Shown one piece after another: positions 62,673-64,000 of a stretch of 64,000 nt of DNA. Position 1 is the stretch's first letter. Each line of letters opens with the position of its first letter. The notes below the pieces were generated by a model. That model was given only the letters and a program-made list of their open reading frames with translations, was not told the origin of the DNA and did no database searches. The stretch is from the NCBI GenBank assembly GCA_963717645.1, contig CAVQWQ010000001.1, positions 4,994 through 68,993 on the forward strand, read 5' to 3'. The DNA comes from an uncultured Actinomycetes bacterium. GTDB taxonomy: Bacteria; Actinomycetota; Acidimicrobiia; Acidimicrobiales; AC-9. A program made the position numbers and the translations under genes.

Positions 62673-64000
62673 ATGGTCGACCTGATCCCCCGAGACGTGC
62701 TGTTCGGCAACCCGGAGCGGGTGAGCCCGAGGGTGTCGCCCGACGGGAGCCGGCTGGCCTGGCTGGCGGCGGTCGAGGGCGTGCTCAACGTGTGGGTGGC
62801 CGACCTGGCGACAGCCGGCCCCGGAGGCCGGCCCTATGACATGGAAGGCGCCACACCGGTGACCGACGACCGCGATCGTGGCATCCGCAGCTTCGTCTGG
62901 GCCCACGACGGGATCCACATCCTGTACCTGCAGGACCGCGGAGGGGACGAGAACTGGCGTCTCTACGACGTGGACCTGGAGACGATGGCCCGCCGCGACC
63001 TCACGCCGTTCGAAGACGTCCAGGCCCAGCTGCTGGCGGTGGACAAGCGCTTCCCGACCGATGTCCTGGTCGGGCTCAACCGGGACAACCCAGAGCTCCA
63101 CGACGTGTACCACCTCGACCTCGTGAGCGGGGAGCTCGTCAAGGTCGTCGACAACCCGGGACTCGTCGGCTGGCTGGTCGACGCCGACCTGGTGGTGCGC
63201 GCCGGGCTCGCTCCCGAGGCCGACGGCGGCTTCGTCGTCATGGTGCGCGACACCGCTGCGGCGGACTGGCGTCCCTACCAGCGGGTGCCGGCGGAGGACG
63301 CCCTGTCGAGCTCGCCGGTGGCCTTCACGCGGGACGGCGGGAGCCTCCTGGCGATCAGCTCGATCGACGCCAACACTGGTCGTCTCGTGCGCGCTGACCT
63401 GAGCACCGGCTCGATCGACGTGATAGCCGAGGACCCGGTCAACGACATCTCCGACGTGCGCCTCCATCCCGACACACGCCAGGTCCAGGTGGTCACCTTC
63501 GCCCGCGACCGGGCCGACTTTCTCGTGCTCGATGCCGAGGTCGAGGACGACATCGTCGCCGTCCGCTCGCTGCATCCCGGTGACCCGGTGCTCGAGGGGC
63601 ACGATGACGCAGATGCCACCTGGCTGGTGGGCTTCACCAACGACGCCGGACCCATCCCGTACTACGCCTACGACCGGCGAGCCAAGGAGGGCCGGCTGCT
63701 CTTCGAGCATCGGCCGAGCTTGCGGAGCTATCAGCTGGCGGCGATGGAGCCGTTCTCCTACGAGGCTCGCGACGGCTTGGCGATCCACGGCTACCTGACC
63801 TTTCCCGTAGGGGAGCCCCGGGCACGACTGCCGGCGGTGCTCGTCGTCCACGGCGGCCCGTGGGCTCGCGACGAGTGGGGGTTTCAACCCGAGACCCAGT
63901 GGCTCGCCAATCGGGGCTACCTGTGCGTGCAGGTCAACTTCCGTGGGTCGACGGGCTACGGCAAGGCGTTCGTCAACGCCGGCGACCACGAGTGGGGCGC
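62673..64000 (+). CDS. S9-family serine peptidase (prolyl oligopeptidase/acylaminoacyl-peptidase type), N-terminal beta-propeller and start of the catalytic domain; runs off window end
   Basis: My own translation gives MVDLIPRDVLFGNPERVSPRVSPDGSRLAWLA...NVWVADL...DRGIRSFVWAHDG...YLQDRGGDENWRLY...PAVLVVHGGPWARDEWGFQPETQWLANRGYLCVQVNFRGSTGYGKAF. It is not in the track because there is no stop in the window. The minus ORF 62571..63989 is its shadow. Confidence 0.8.
   Translation, partial: MVDLIPRDVLFGNPERVSPRVSPDGSRLAWLAAVEGVLNVWVADLATAGPGGRPYDMEGATPVTDDRDRGIRSFVWAHDGIHILYLQDRGGDENWRLYDVDLETMARRDLTPFEDVQAQLLAVDKRFPTDVLVGLNRDNPELHDVYHLDLVSGELVKVVDNPGLVGWLVDADLVVRAGLAPEADGGFVVMVRDTAAADWRPYQRVPAEDALSSSPVAFTRDGGSLLAISSIDANTGRLVRADLSTGSIDVIAEDPVNDISDVRLHPDTRQVQVVTFARDRADFLVLDAEVEDDIVAVRSLHPGDPVLEGHDDADATWLVGFTNDAGPIPYYAYDRRAKEGRLLFEHRPSLRSYQLAAMEPFSYEARDGLAIHGYLTFPVGEPRARLPAVLVVHGGPWARDEWGFQPETQWLANRGYLCVQVNFRGSTGYGKAFVNAGDHEWG

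Overview
This is a visibly GC-rich window (GC not computed) that looks like an Actinomycetota chromosome: it has a WhiB-type protein, a fused Kgd-type 2-oxoglutarate dehydrogenase, EttA and a LigC-type ligase. Many long antisense shadow ORFs in the track are not genes.

The flanks (1-14.2 kb and 37-64 kb) are ordinary core-type genes:
- Lipid and acyl-CoA catabolism: two AMP-ligases, two acyl-CoA dehydrogenases, a MaoC double hot-dog protein, a DUF35 plus SCP-x-type thiolase pair, a P450 and an amidohydrolase.
- A queD-queC-queE operon, ettA, kgd, xthA and a UvrD-like helicase.
- A hydrolase / Mur-ligase / Ddl / PH-SHOCT cluster, galK, a family III CoA-transferase and an S9 peptidase.

The centre (about 14,536-36,988) is a roughly 22.5 kb composite island in the 3' end of an acyl-CoA dehydrogenase (ACAD) gene.
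- The target gene's 3' end is present three times: a 366-nt orphan at 14170-14535, a 35-nt scrap at 20127-20161, and the end of the intact gene at 36954-37307.
- Each orphan copy is followed by a conserved ~27-nt motif and a large serine recombinase gene. One recombinase is frameshifted and one is intact.
- Element E1 (about 5.6 kb) is decayed. It keeps small secreted proteins, a GYD protein, a broken glycine-rich beta-helix gene and a CpaF-type ATPase scrap.
- Element E2 (about 16.8 kb) has a phage-satellite or defective-prophage layout: serine integrase, a divergent XRE switch, an AEP-primase/SF3-helicase, a small terminase, a large terminase broken across three frames with a double zinc-ribbon tail, and an Xis-like HTH protein.
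- E2 also carries a decayed IS3 copy, a lower-GC polytopic membrane protein, a P450 and a WhiB-like regulator. I could not recognise any virion structural genes in it.
- A family of five dispersed, mostly defective copies of a small ORF/repeat punctuates the island.

I saw no rRNA, tRNA or CRISPR array. All identities and alignments were made by eye, without database searches.
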